Source of the DNA: a virus
Virus record (IMG/VR): IMGVR_UViG_3300047310_000412
Location: 1 to 64,000 of that record
Strand: one strand, 5' to 3'
DNA: 64,000 bases
The notes under the pieces were generated by a model that saw only the letters and a program-made list of their open reading frames with translations, searched no databases and was not told where the DNA came from. The number at the start of each line of letters is the position of its first letter. Within the stretch, counting starts at the first letter, position 1. The position numbers and the translations under genes were made by a program. This document shows positions 10,044 through 19,889 of this stretch, piece after piece.

Positions 10044-10505
10044 TCATTCCGATTTAGCTTCTTGCCGGGCAGCGTTCATTGCTGCCCGGCGTCGCTCGTA
10101 AGCGGCTGACGGCGTGATAAACCCGGCGACAGTCATCTCGCAGGCTTTTTGCAGCAACGAAGATTTCGTTCGCAGCGACCGCACCAGATCACCACACAGC
10201 CCCGCATACGTCTTGGCGTGGTTGTAGTTTGACCGCGCTTCCTGAACTTCCACAGAGAGCGGCAGCAAGCGCTCGATCGCCGCCTCGGTGATCTTCTCCT
10301 GCTCCTGGCGCAGTTGCAGCCCGACTTCAGCCTTGATGATGTCCAGTGCCAGATGACAGGCGTTCTCGTCGTTCATCGCAATAGCGGCGAGTTCGGCGGC
10401 TTCCTGCACCAGCGGCGGCATCTTCATCAGTTCATTGTCAAGGTCTTCCAGATCGAGGCCCAGCCGGGCGCACAGCGCGTTGTAGTCATCGGGATAGGTG
10501 GTCAT
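10044..10505 (-). CDS. UvsY-like recombination mediator
   Basis: Helical ~150-aa protein (LDNEL...KITEAAIE) between the clamp loader and SSB/RecA. Confidence 0.55.
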   Translation of the reverse strand: MTTYPDDYNALCARLGLDLEDLDNELMKMPPLVQEAAELAAIAMNDENACHLALDIIKAEVGLQLRQEQEKITEAAIERLLPLSVEVQEARSNYNHAKTYAGLCGDLVRSLRTKSSLLQKACEMTVAGFITPSAAYERRRAAMNAARQEAKSE

Positions 10506-11437
10506 GACAGCCAGATCACCCTCTTCATTGCCGCGTAAAACTGGGCTTTGGGATCAAAAGTCTGCGTCGGGAAGTTGATCGCATCGATCATCTCGGCGAG
10601 ATGCTTCGCTTTATTAGGACCGGTCTCGCGCAGGAATGCGCCGATCAGCCGCCGCGTCAGCGGGATCAAGAGGCCCTCGTAGCTCTCGGCCTCCTCCAGC
10701 TTGTTGAAAAGCGGCCGTAACTGTTCCCAGGACGCGCGGCCCTGGATCAAGAGCGTGGCAATCTCGCCCAGCGTGTCACTGTCGCTATCGAGGATCGAGA
10801 TGATCCGCTTGGCCTCGGTGCGGTCGCGGGCCTCATAGCAACGCTCCAAGAGCGTGATTGCCTTGCGCGGCTGGCCGGTCGCCTCCTCCACCAGCAGTGC
10901 CATAATATCGTTGCTGACTACCCATTTCTCGCAGTCGCAAATGGTTTGCAGCAGTTCCTCGATGTATTTGCGCTCCACCGGTTTGAGCGCGATCGGAAAA
11001 CACCGGGTCTTCCAAGTCTCCGGTATCCGGTGCGCCTCGGTGGTGCAGAGCGCCAGAAACAGATGGTCGGGCGGCTCTTCCATGATCTTTAGAAGCGCTT
11101 GCTTGGCCGGTGCCGAGAGACCGTGACATTCATCGATGATGAACATCTTGTACTTCACGTCGCTAAGCGGCAGATGCTGACCGTTCTCGATGAGTTCGCG
11201 GATCATGTCGATCGAGCCGGATGAGCCGGCGTCGATTTCCAGCAGTTCCGCACCGATATGGTTGGAAATGATCCGCGCCACAGTGGTCTTGCCGATCCCA
11301 GAAGGGCCGGTCAACAGAAAGGCGTGCGGTGGTCCACCGCTCTCCAGCCGGCGCTGGAGCTTCGCCATCATCTCGTCGTGTCCCAGTACCTCCGAAAAGG
11401 CGATGGGGCGGTATTTGGTAATGAGCGGCTCGTCCAT
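10502..11437 (-). CDS. clamp loader AAA+ subunit (DnaX/RFC-like)
   Basis: KYRP, GPSGIGKT, IIDECH, LLKxxEEPP. Confidence 0.9.
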   Translation of the reverse strand: MDEPLITKYRPIAFSEVLGHDEMMAKLQRRLESGGPPHAFLLTGPSGIGKTTVARIISNHIGAELLEIDAGSSGSIDMIRELIENGQHLPLSDVKYKMFIIDECHGLSAPAKQALLKIMEEPPDHLFLALCTTEAHRIPETWKTRCFPIALKPVERKYIEELLQTICDCEKWVVSNDIMALLVEEATGQPRKAITLLERCYEARDRTEAKRIISILDSDSDTLGEIATLLIQGRASWEQLRPLFNKLEEAESYEGLLIPLTRRLIGAFLRETGPNKAKHLAEMIDAINFPTQTFDPKAQFYAAMKRVIWLS

Positions 11438-11439
11438 CT

Positions 11440-14358
11440 CTATTCCTTGTATAACGGCACCACCGATCCATTTGGAACCAGCCGATAATGGAATAACCCG
11501 CTCTCGATCCGCTCCCGATGAACCTCATGAGAGCCAAAATCGGATTTACGAAAATCCCGCAGTCGCGCCGATATCGACGCCTCAGGATGGCCCGTCGTCG
11601 CAGACAGCCCGTGAAGGGTATGCCAATGTCCGTCACGCATCGCCCGCCATACATCCGTCGCCTGTTGATTTAGCCGCACATAATCTTGATCGTGATCGTA
11701 GGTTACACCATCACGATCACCCGATGGCGGATCATCCCATTCCGGTGGTGGTGGTGGTCGCGGCGGTAGTCGCGGCGGTCCCAGAGAGGACGGCTGGGGC
11801 GGCGGCACCGCGCTGCCCTTCACATAGTCGCCCGTGTGGACGTGGATCGCTTCCATATCACACCAATTATACCCCACCGACGCTTCCACAATCAGCGGCA
11901 CGATCTGCCACCGATAGCGGACTTTGGTCATCACACGCTCAATTTCGGCGAGATACTGATCGATGCGATCATCTTGTTCCGGCACGATAAATGTCAGATC
12001 GTCGTGGACGTTGATGCGCGGCATCAGATACATGTCGTCGTATTCGATCGCCAACTTCTGTAGTTCGTTCTGGCAGTCGAGAATGATCACCGCTTCACCA
12101 TTCTGGATCGGCTGAATAACCGGCTCGTTCCCGGTCATGACACCAAACCTCATCTGGCCGTTCAGCGTTCTGACACCACCATAATCGCGGTATTCGGTGC
12201 GACGCGCGGTGAGCCAGCGTTTAGCAACGTGAAACCGTCCCCAGAAATCACCGAGAAGTTCACTGATAATCGAGAGCGGGATGCCGGTACGCTCGGCACA
12301 GTTGTCAGCCGTCGTGCCAAAAAAAGACGCGAAGACAAAATCGGTCTTGATGAGGTCGCGGCCTTTTTTACGCAGCACGTCCTCGGAAGCCGTGTCGAGG
12401 TTTAGCTTTTGACGCAGCCGGTCGAGATATTCCGGATAGATATCGATCAGCTTGCCCAGCCAGTGGCTGTGGATGTCTTCCTTGTCGATAAAACTTTGGC
12501 AAAGCACCGGATCACGGCTGGCCATGCCGTAGATGCGCCCCTGGATTTGCCCCTCGTCGCAAGAAAGTAGGACGTGACCGGGCGGCGCAACGATCTGCTT
12601 ACGAAACTCGCGGTGTCGCCGCTTTGGCATGTTCTGGATATTGATGTCACTGGCCGATGTACGGAACGTCGCCACGTGCATGGTGGTGTAGCTGGGATGA
12701 AGCAGCCCGTCGCTGTGCATGTCGTCCAGCTTCAACACCGGCTCGATGTAAGTGCTGTCGTGCTTTACCGCCTCGCGGTATTCCATCACACAGCGGGCCA
12801 GCGGATTTCCGCCTTCGGCGATCGGCCGCAACAATTCTTCTTCTGTAGAATAAGATTTCTTGTTCCTTGGCAACTCGCAGCGCCCGTAATCGACCAAGGC
12901 AACGCCGACATGGTCGGGATTACCGATGTTAAATTCCTGCTGCCGCTCGCGCTCGAACTGGCGGACTTCGTATATCGTCGTGGCCTCGATACGCTTTTCG
13001 GCAGCAATACTGCCCCATTGGACCTTGAGCGCACGCGCCGCCTCCCGGTCCGCCGGCAAGCCCAGAAATTCCATGTAGGCCGTACTCTCGATCGCCCCGA
13101 TCAATCGCGCATATTCGTCCTTTAGCACGGCACGGTGGTTGTGCAATCGGTCATCGATCCTGACCGATGCCCAGGCGTCGAGACCGTTATAAGGGAGAAT
13201 TTCATCGAGGCTGTAAGCCTCCATGTGCTTCGCATTGACACGCGTCAGCTTTTTGACGTTGGTGCCCAAGATGATCCGCGACATCGTGCCGAGGTCCAAG
13301 AGCGTATTGCGGCTGTGGTAGAGCCGGCCTAGCGCCATGCTGTCGTCAAAACCATGCGGCTTCCACAGGGGCATGCCAAGCTGGCGGGCGGTCCATAGCA
13401 GCCACACGAGTTCGAAGGCTGCGTTATGGCCAACCCACTGCCGCTCGTTAGCAGCCAGCAACAGCAGGACCGCTCCCCAGGAATTGGCGGCGTCCGGATG
13501 CTCTATCGGAAAGGCGAATGTCGTCTTGCCGTCGCTCAGCGCCGCTGACAACAGCTTGGCGTCGTGATGATACGGCTTTAACTTTGATGTCTCGATATCG
13601 ATCCCGATTGGGCCTTCCAGGCGGTCATAGAGCGCATAAGCCTCGGTCTCGTTGTAGACGCAGATCACGTCGCTCGGCTTGGGCTTCTCGATGACTGGCG
13701 GCTTCCACTTGTCCACGTCGGTAAAGAAGTTCTTTATTGACGTGGCAAATACCGGATATTCCCGCGCCCGCTCGGCCCCGTTGTGCAACAGAAAGGCAGG
13801 ATGAAAAGTCGGGTAGTACCAGAGCGGCCGGCCGCCGATTTCCACCGGGAAGCGGACGCCCACCATCTGGCTGACCGAGGCTTCATTGAAGAAGTGAATA
13901 AGCGGTGCGCCACCCAGCCCCAGGATCGCCTTAAACGCGCCGGCCGTGATGTCGGTCTCCAGATGGACGGAGCAGCAATGCATTTCATGCCCGGTCGGCG
14001 TGCGGTTGCCGGGTGGGCGGCAGCGGACGGCATTGCTGTAAGCGACGCGGTCCATCAGCCGGTGCGGTATGTGCCGCCGCAGCATCTTTCCGGAGGGGCC
14101 GATAAACGGCTCGCCACGGTCATCCTCCTGCTCTCCAGGGGCCTCCCCCAACGCGAGGATGTCAGCACCAACCGGACCGGTCATGGCCATCTGTGACGTC
14201 CCCAGGCGGGGCCACGTCGATTGTAACGGGCAGGCATCGCAGCCGCGCTCCCCGCTCATCCCTTCCTCCGCTTCACGGACGATCGAACCCGCGCGCGGGC
14301 TTGAACGGCGTGGCTCGATCAGCGTGGCAATGGCGGCCTCGTCGTAACAGAACCCCAT
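11440..14358 (-). CDS. family A DNA polymerase with N-terminal family-4 UDG domain, 3'-5' exonuclease and C-terminal HTH-like extension
   Basis: UDG: GEAPG, EPFIGPSG, NAVRCRPPGNR, FHPAFLL. Exonuclease: DIETS, HNAAFE, YNGLD. Polymerase: NIQNMP, CDEGQIQGR, RDLIKTDFVFASFFG, VHDD. Confidence 0.92.
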   Translation of the reverse strand: MGFCYDEAAIATLIEPRRSSPRAGSIVREAEEGMSGERGCDACPLQSTWPRLGTSQMAMTGPVGADILALGEAPGEQEDDRGEPFIGPSGKMLRRHIPHRLMDRVAYSNAVRCRPPGNRTPTGHEMHCCSVHLETDITAGAFKAILGLGGAPLIHFFNEASVSQMVGVRFPVEIGGRPLWYYPTFHPAFLLHNGAERAREYPVFATSIKNFFTDVDKWKPPVIEKPKPSDVICVYNETEAYALYDRLEGPIGIDIETSKLKPYHHDAKLLSAALSDGKTTFAFPIEHPDAANSWGAVLLLLAANERQWVGHNAAFELVWLLWTARQLGMPLWKPHGFDDSMALGRLYHSRNTLLDLGTMSRIILGTNVKKLTRVNAKHMEAYSLDEILPYNGLDAWASVRIDDRLHNHRAVLKDEYARLIGAIESTAYMEFLGLPADREAARALKVQWGSIAAEKRIEATTIYEVRQFERERQQEFNIGNPDHVGVALVDYGRCELPRNKKSYSTEEELLRPIAEGGNPLARCVMEYREAVKHDSTYIEPVLKLDDMHSDGLLHPSYTTMHVATFRTSASDINIQNMPKRRHREFRKQIVAPPGHVLLSCDEGQIQGRIYGMASRDPVLCQSFIDKEDIHSHWLGKLIDIYPEYLDRLRQKLNLDTASEDVLRKKGRDLIKTDFVFASFFGTTADNCAERTGIPLSIISELLGDFWGRFHVAKRWLTARRTEYRDYGGVRTLNGQMRFGVMTGNEPVIQPIQNGEAVIILDCQNELQKLAIEYDDMYLMPRINVHDDLTFIVPEQDDRIDQYLAEIERVMTKVRYRWQIVPLIVEASVGYNWCDMEAIHVHTGDYVKGSAVPPPQPSSLGPPRLPPRPPPPPEWDDPPSGDRDGVTYDHDQDYVRLNQQATDVWRAMRDGHWHTLHGLSATTGHPEASISARLRDFRKSDFGSHEVHRERIESGLFHYRLVPNGSVVPLYKE

Positions 14359-14369
14359 CTCTCGTCCTC

Positions 14370-15449
14370 TCAAACCGCCTTGCCGTGGACCCCAAAGAGG
14401 AAATCATTCGGCCCGCGAAACATCAGCATATGACGAGCGACGTAATCAAAGACCACACGGTCAGCCGATCCCAACGCGCGGAAAATGCGGCGCGGCTCGA
14501 GTTGGATCGGGCTAATGTCAAACGGCTCCTCGGACTGCACGAGATAATACTCCGCCGAGAAGCTGATCGCGTCCTCGTAATAGAGCCGTGTCGCCCCTTC
14601 CTCGACCGAGAGCGACATCCGCGCCTTGGTCTTGTCCTCGGCCAACGCATCGACGCGGCGGACAAAGGCCGCCAAGCTCTCACGGTCGATCGGCAGCGAG
14701 CGCTCTTGGCCACGCAGCGCGGCGGCAATCGCCCGTAAATCCTTCTTCAAGTCCGCCTTGCGGCGGACCACCAATTTGGTGGTCGGTGTCTGGCAGTAGA
14801 TGCTGTCCTCGGTAATCGACACGGCGGCCTCGCCCCGGCAGACATCGGCCAGGAGCGATAAGGCGTCCGGTGCCAGTGTGATCCGATCGGCAAAGGCATC
14901 GCTGCGGTCGCCCAGCCGGCAGGAGGCGATCGAATTGTTGTCGCTGGCATAGGCATAAAGCCCACCGGGTTCGTTCTCGATCACCACACCGTAAAGGCCC
15001 ACCGAAATATAAGCCTGTGAGCCGCAGCCCAGCGCCGCCAGTTGCAGCCCCCGGCCAAAGCCCTCGCCCACCGGGATCATCTCCCCCCGGCCGTCCCACG
15101 GCAGCGCCGGGATGTTGATATCGTTGGTGATCAGCGAGAAATGCCCGGTCATCTCGTATCTTTTGGTCTCGCCCGGGTCTTCGCAAAACCACTCGAGTTT
15201 ATTGCCCGTCACTGCCAACTGGAAATTCCCGGCCGGCGCGGTGCTTAGCACCTGTAGAAACCGCGCGGTGTCCACATAGGCTTCGGCCTCGATCCCCAGG
15301 TTAGCTTCCACTTCCATGACACCAAAGGGGGAATGGCCGCGCACCGCTGTCGGTGTCAAATGCAAAGCCTTGTAGGACGGTGTCAGAAGTTTCTCATGCG
15401 CCAGCAGCGTGAAGGGACGAAGCTGCTGATAGATTTCACTGGCTTGCAT
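14370..15449 (-). CDS. probable sliding clamp (DnaN/beta-like)
   Basis: 359 aa, alpha/beta repeats, YASDN resembles the ATD motif; adjacent to the polymerase and clamp loader. Confidence 0.6.
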   Translation of the reverse strand: MQASEIYQQLRPFTLLAHEKLLTPSYKALHLTPTAVRGHSPFGVMEVEANLGIEAEAYVDTARFLQVLSTAPAGNFQLAVTGNKLEWFCEDPGETKRYEMTGHFSLITNDINIPALPWDGRGEMIPVGEGFGRGLQLAALGCGSQAYISVGLYGVVIENEPGGLYAYASDNNSIASCRLGDRSDAFADRITLAPDALSLLADVCRGEAAVSITEDSIYCQTPTTKLVVRRKADLKKDLRAIAAALRGQERSLPIDRESLAAFVRRVDALAEDKTKARMSLSVEEGATRLYYEDAISFSAEYYLVQSEEPFDISPIQLEPRRIFRALGSADRVVFDYVARHMLMFRGPNDFLFGVHGKAV

Positions 15450-16542
15450 TTGGCTTGATCCATTCTTCCAGCATCTCGGTGTACTTCTTAAACGGTTCGA
15501 CGTTGAGAAGACCGTCCGGATCGGTATGGTAGGCCCGCATCCGCGCCGCGTGATTGTGCGAATTAATGTAATAGTAGCTCGCGAGCGGCCGGCGGTTGCC
15601 GGCGTAAATCAACGCGGGTAGGATCGACGGACTGACACCAACCGCCATGTACAGATCGAACTCCGGTAGTGACACTGCCGGGGCCGTAGCACAGGGACTG
15701 GTGACAAAACCGTTGATCGGGCGGAAGACCGGGCGTGGTGTCAGACGCACTTCCTCTTCCAGCTTCAAGAAAAACGTCGCGGCGATATAGGCGTGCGACA
15801 GCCACGTCCGCCGTGATTTGCGGTTCTCGCGAAGTTCGTCCAGATCGATATCGAGCGCCTCGATATGCTCACGGAGGATGTCCAAATCCTCGCCCTCGAT
15901 CATCGAGATGTCGCGGGCGTGGTTGCTATGGATGAGGGTCTCGGTGAGGTCGGGGAAGATCAGATCGTCGTGTTTGCTCTTGGTGGTGTGCCGATGGTTG
16001 AGCCGCCCGGTCGGGATGCCATGCAGCATAATCCGGCCCCACTTCGGACCGCGCAGCCAGGATGAACTGTCGGCTGATGCCCATGGATACTTAAAAAGCG
16101 TCGGCACGTGGCTATTGCCAAAAGCGTGGACCAAGACGGTCGGTTCGCCGGCCGCGTTGACCACATGCGACCATGCAAGTTCGAGCGCGTTATCAATCGC
16201 AAAGCCACGGGCGCTGGTGGTCGAGAACCCAATGTAATCGCAGCCCAGATCGAGCATGCGGTCGATCCAATCGAGGCTCTCCCGCGCGTGCCAGATCGGT
16301 ATCGGGGTAAAGCCGCGACGGCGCATCTCCTTCAGATTGTTGAAGCTGATCTGCGCCGCCTCTTCCGGCTCATCGGGGGCTATGTGGTCAAGCACGACGT
16401 ACATGCCAACCCAGTCCGCGTTCTGTTCGAGGAACTCACAATACGCGTTGAGGTCGATCGTCTTGCCCAACCGCCACGCCGAATATCCGCCGCTGTCCAC
16501 CAGCGTCTTCACCGTGCCGTTGGTCAAATCGGTGCCTTCCAT
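15436..16542 (-). CDS. dpdA: DpdA/TGT-like 7-deazaguanine transglycosylase (alternative TTG start at 16527)
   Basis: VDSGGYS, VVLDHI, PIPIWH, YIGF, VHAFG, YPWASADSSSW TGT-fold motifs; queE and queC are in the window. Confidence 0.75.
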   Translation of the reverse strand: MEGTDLTNGTVKTLVDSGGYSAWRLGKTIDLNAYCEFLEQNADWVGMYVVLDHIAPDEPEEAAQISFNNLKEMRRRGFTPIPIWHARESLDWIDRMLDLGCDYIGFSTTSARGFAIDNALELAWSHVVNAAGEPTVLVHAFGNSHVPTLFKYPWASADSSSWLRGPKWGRIMLHGIPTGRLNHRHTTKSKHDDLIFPDLTETLIHSNHARDISMIEGEDLDILREHIEALDIDLDELRENRKSRRTWLSHAYIAATFFLKLEEEVRLTPRPVFRPINGFVTSPCATAPAVSLPEFDLYMAVGVSPSILPALIYAGNRRPLASYYYINSHNHAARMRAYHTDPDGLLNVEPFKKYTEMLEEWIKPNASQ

Positions 16543-16709
16543 TTTTCGGCCGCTGCTTGCGGATCGTCGTCGTAACCGCGCGGCTTGATATTTTGCAGGA
16601 GACGCAGGGCCTTGAGATGAAGCGACGCCGTCAGCGGGTCGGCCATGTTGGCGGCCTCGGCCCACTGGACGATACGTCCCAGTTCTTCGGCGGTAAGATC
16701 GATATTCAT
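16524..16709 (-). CDS. hypothetical protein, probably leaderless
   Basis: ATG lies 6 nt after GGGGTATA. Confidence 0.6.
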   Translation of the reverse strand: MNIDLTAEELGRIVQWAEAANMADPLTASLHLKALRLLQNIKPRGYDDDPQAAAEKWKAPI

Positions 16710-16724
16710 TTGGATTATACCCCT

Positions 16725-18506
16725 TCAATCGGCGGCGCAAGCCCTCTCGCCGGTCAAAGGATCGGGAAAACAGGCCGCGCCCGCGACATCTTCCTGCTTT
16801 GGCTGGAGGATGCCCATACGCTTGCCGTTGGTATTGAAAAGCGAGCAGGATTTGGCCCCGCCGTTCCAGGCTCTGAGGTAGAGCTTTTTGAACTCGTCAA
16901 AAGTGACACCGTCGCCCTGGCCGGCAATTTGGCCGTTGACGTTGCACGTCTTGCTGATCGAATTATCGACGTAGCGTTGCGCTCGGCAGAGCACGTCCAC
17001 GTGCTCTTCCCCGCTGATCGCGTTTGCCGTCCGCCCGCTGACGCCGTAATGGGCGTAGGCATAATCGGTGACCGAGAAGATGCGCGGCCCCTGCGGCGTC
17101 AGCACGGTGCGGTCGCCTTCGACCATAAAGACCGGCTCGATCCCGCTCGATACATAATCGGCCGCTTGGCTGATCGTGCCGGTCGGGGCGATCGACGTGA
17201 GCAAGCCGTTGCGCAAGCCGTACACGCCAATGTCGTGACGCAATTCCTCGGGGAGCCGCGTCTTGAAGAACTCACCCTCGACGTATTTGTCCACGTGCCA
17301 GAGCGGGAAGGGGCCGCGTTCCTGCGCCAATATACAAGAAGTTTCATAAGCCTGGATGAGGATGCGTTCGAGGATTTCGTCCTGCTTGTCGAGATAGCCC
17401 GGTGTCGCATAAGGCAACCCACAGACTTCCAGCGCATTCGCCATACCGGTGACGCCGACGCCCATGCGCCGCTTAGCCAGCGCCTCGGCTTTCTGCTGCT
17501 CCAGTGGGTAGACCGTGCGGTCGATCACCATGTCAAAGGCCCGCACCGCTACATCGACCACGTCATCGATCTTATCGAAGTCAATCTCGTAGCGCACCGT
17601 TTGCACACCGCTCTGCGCCGCCAGCGCCAGACCGTTGGTCTCAAAGACCGGTCGCAGGAATTTCACCAGATTGACACTGCCCAGGAGACACGCGCCCCAC
17701 GGCGGCAGCGCCTGCTCGGCGCAGGGATTAGTGGCAGCGATGGTCTCGCAGTAGTAAAGCGGATTGAGCCGGTTGATCCGGTCGATAAAGATGGCACCCG
17801 GCTCGGCCCAATCCCAGTTGTTTTCCATGATGGCGGCCCAGACATCGACCGCGCGGACTTGACCAAAAACAGTGTCACCAAACCGCAGTGTATAACGCCC
17901 GTCATTTTCGAGCGCTTCCATAAATTCGTCGGTGACAGCGACACTGATGTTGAAGTTGGTTAAGCTCGACTGATCCTGCTTGGCGCGAATGTAGGACATG
18001 ATGTCGGGATGATCGACACGCAGCACCGCCATCATCGCGCCGCGCCGCTCGCCGGCTGACATCATCGTGCGACACATGCCGTCCCAGCAGTTCATGAATG
18101 ATATCGGCCCAGAGGCCATCGCACCGTGGCCGAGACCGCGCACCGGTTCACCGGCCGGTCGCAGGGAAGAGAAATCCATCCCGATCCCGCCGCCGGCTCT
18201 GAGCGTCAATGCGCTATCGCGCAGCGCCTCAAAGATCGCCGCCGTGCTATCGAAAATCGTCCCCATGACAAAGCAGTTGAATGCCGTTGTTTCAAAGGGA
18301 CGGCCCACAGCGCGCTGCTGCCGCCCAGCGGGCAAGATCGTCTGGTCGCGTAGGTAGTTCAGCAGTCTCCGGAACTCGTGCGGTTCGTCAGCCACGGTCC
18401 GCGCGTAGCGAATACAGTAGTCATCGAATGTTTCCCCCGGATCGCGATATTTCATCGCGTGGATTAACTGACCGTATTCATTACGTGGTCCGTAGATTTC
18501 CGGCAT
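16725..18506 (-). CDS. nrdJ: class II (B12-dependent) ribonucleotide reductase
   Basis: AFNC, GGGIG, RRGAMM, TNPCAEQ, CLLGS, IAPTGTIS; no small subunit nearby. Confidence 0.88.
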   Translation of the reverse strand: MPEIYGPRNEYGQLIHAMKYRDPGETFDDYCIRYARTVADEPHEFRRLLNYLRDQTILPAGRQQRAVGRPFETTAFNCFVMGTIFDSTAAIFEALRDSALTLRAGGGIGMDFSSLRPAGEPVRGLGHGAMASGPISFMNCWDGMCRTMMSAGERRGAMMAVLRVDHPDIMSYIRAKQDQSSLTNFNISVAVTDEFMEALENDGRYTLRFGDTVFGQVRAVDVWAAIMENNWDWAEPGAIFIDRINRLNPLYYCETIAATNPCAEQALPPWGACLLGSVNLVKFLRPVFETNGLALAAQSGVQTVRYEIDFDKIDDVVDVAVRAFDMVIDRTVYPLEQQKAEALAKRRMGVGVTGMANALEVCGLPYATPGYLDKQDEILERILIQAYETSCILAQERGPFPLWHVDKYVEGEFFKTRLPEELRHDIGVYGLRNGLLTSIAPTGTISQAADYVSSGIEPVFMVEGDRTVLTPQGPRIFSVTDYAYAHYGVSGRTANAISGEEHVDVLCRAQRYVDNSISKTCNVNGQIAGQGDGVTFDEFKKLYLRAWNGGAKSCSLFNTNGKRMGILQPKQEDVAGAACFPDPLTGERACAAD

Positions 18507-18523
18507 TTTGTCCCTCCGTTGAA

Positions 18524-19045
18524 CTATACCCCTGTCTCCTCGGGGATACGTTCGATTTCCTCGACGCTAAATTCGATTTCGACTTCCCGGTTCAAAATTT
18601 GAAAAAGCAGCCCGGCACGCTCTTCGGTTGACCACCGGACGATCGCTTCATGATTTTGCAGTGCGCCCCGTGTGATGCGGACGCGCGTGTTCACGGTGAA
18701 CTCCGGCCCCACTATCGAAGCAGTGGAACGGAGATACCGTGTCAGACCAACGATGAAATCTTCGGGGACGCGCTGCGGTAAACGAAAGTCGCTATTCTTG
18801 ACAACGCGTGTCAGAAGGCGGGAAACACCATAAGTATTACTAATACTCGACCAGGGATGGTCTTCGAATAGGTGAACGAATACATAGGACGCAAATACTG
18901 GTCGAACAACGGTTTGCTTTAACTTCTTTGTGGTCGAAAGGTAGAAAGGATAAAACGCTTCAAAGCCTTGACGCCGCAAATTAAGGAGCGCGCGCTGTTC
19001 CTGCGCAGGCTGTGTTTGCGCGCATGCCCAAAAGGATGCGGCCAC
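18524..19045 (-). CDS. NusG/RfaH-family transcription elongation/antitermination factor
   Basis: NGN domain (W..T..xE..A..NL..QG...PVFASYVFV, TYGVSRL) and KOW-like domain (VRITRGAL). Confidence 0.85.
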   Translation of the reverse strand: MAASFWACAQTQPAQEQRALLNLRRQGFEAFYPFYLSTTKKLKQTVVRPVFASYVFVHLFEDHPWSSISNTYGVSRLLTRVVKNSDFRLPQRVPEDFIVGLTRYLRSTASIVGPEFTVNTRVRITRGALQNHEAIVRWSTEERAGLLFQILNREVEIEFSVEEIERIPEETGV

Positions 19046-19142
19046 GCTGCCCCCTCGACCGTCACTGATGGGAATGTTTTAGTCTGGTGACAGTGAGGCT
19101 ACGCGGCGGTGACAGCCGGCGCAATGGTGACTGTTCTTACTT

Positions 19143-19889
19143 TTACGCGGCGGGTGGCGGTTCCTCCTCCTCTTCACTGGTTAAATCCAGTTCAGCTTGA
19201 CGCGGCATAATCAATTGTCGAATGCCGTCTCGCGGATGAATTTCACCGCTGTCGATCGCAGCCTGCAAACGACGAGATAACCTGTCTAACTTATCTTGGA
19301 CGCGCGTCGCTGATATTCGAATATCCTCTTCAAAATTTGAAATATCGACAAAGATTTCTTGGGCAAAAATACGTTCATGAACTGGCAGCGCTGTCCAATC
19401 AGCGCTTTGCATGAGATAAGCCAGTTGCTGTCGCTTAGTAGTGGCAAGCGAAGCCACTCTTGCTGCCGTACCGTGCCGCTCCGCTGCCACATGTGGTGCC
19501 CGTATCTCCCAAAAATCACTGACAGGATCAATCCGAAACGGAACCGAACCTTCATTGGTCATGCGTGGATGCATCGCGGTATTGTTAATCTTAGAACGTA
19601 TCTGATGACGACGTTGCAAATGTCCCAGCCACGCATCACTATTCTTTGGCGCATCGGCTGGAGGCAATTCTAGAAGTCTGCGTTCAGCCAGCCAGTTATC
19701 AAAGGCGTCCTTGGAAAGAATGCTGCCCACGGGAAACTGGGCGACAAGTGCCTTAGCGTGATCAACAAAAGATATCTGGGCACTATCATAACCCAGCCCA
19801 CGCCGGGGATTGGCGTTACCCCATTCTTTTGGAGCGGGACGGACGACAACGGTTTGGCGTCTAACAAGATGACGGCGTGCGGCTGTCAT
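19143..19889 (-). CDS. hypothetical protein
   Basis: 248 aa, coupled to the upstream ParB-like gene, visibly more AT-rich. Confidence 0.75.
   Translation of the reverse strand: MTAARRHLVRRQTVVVRPAPKEWGNANPRRGLGYDSAQISFVDHAKALVAQFPVGSILSKDAFDNWLAERRLLELPPADAPKNSDAWLGHLQRRHQIRSKINNTAMHPRMTNEGSVPFRIDPVSDFWEIRAPHVAAERHGTAARVASLATTKRQQLAYLMQSADWTALPVHERIFAQEIFVDISNFEEDIRISATRVQDKLDRLSRRLQAAIDSGEIHPRDGIRQLIMPRQAELDLTSEEEEEPPPAA

Noticed and set aside
16543-16740. N-terminal extension of the DpdA-like ORF given in the ORF track
   Set aside because: Overlaps a separate 61-aa gene and a promoter motif; TGT-like sequence begins only near VDSGG.
16557-17963. 468-aa plus-strand ORF
   Set aside because: Antisense to nrdJ; a typical high-GC shadow ORF with no motifs.
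11440-18506. Inteins or introns in the polymerase or RNR
   Set aside because: Lengths are ordinary, and no intein splice motifs or interrupted frames were seen.
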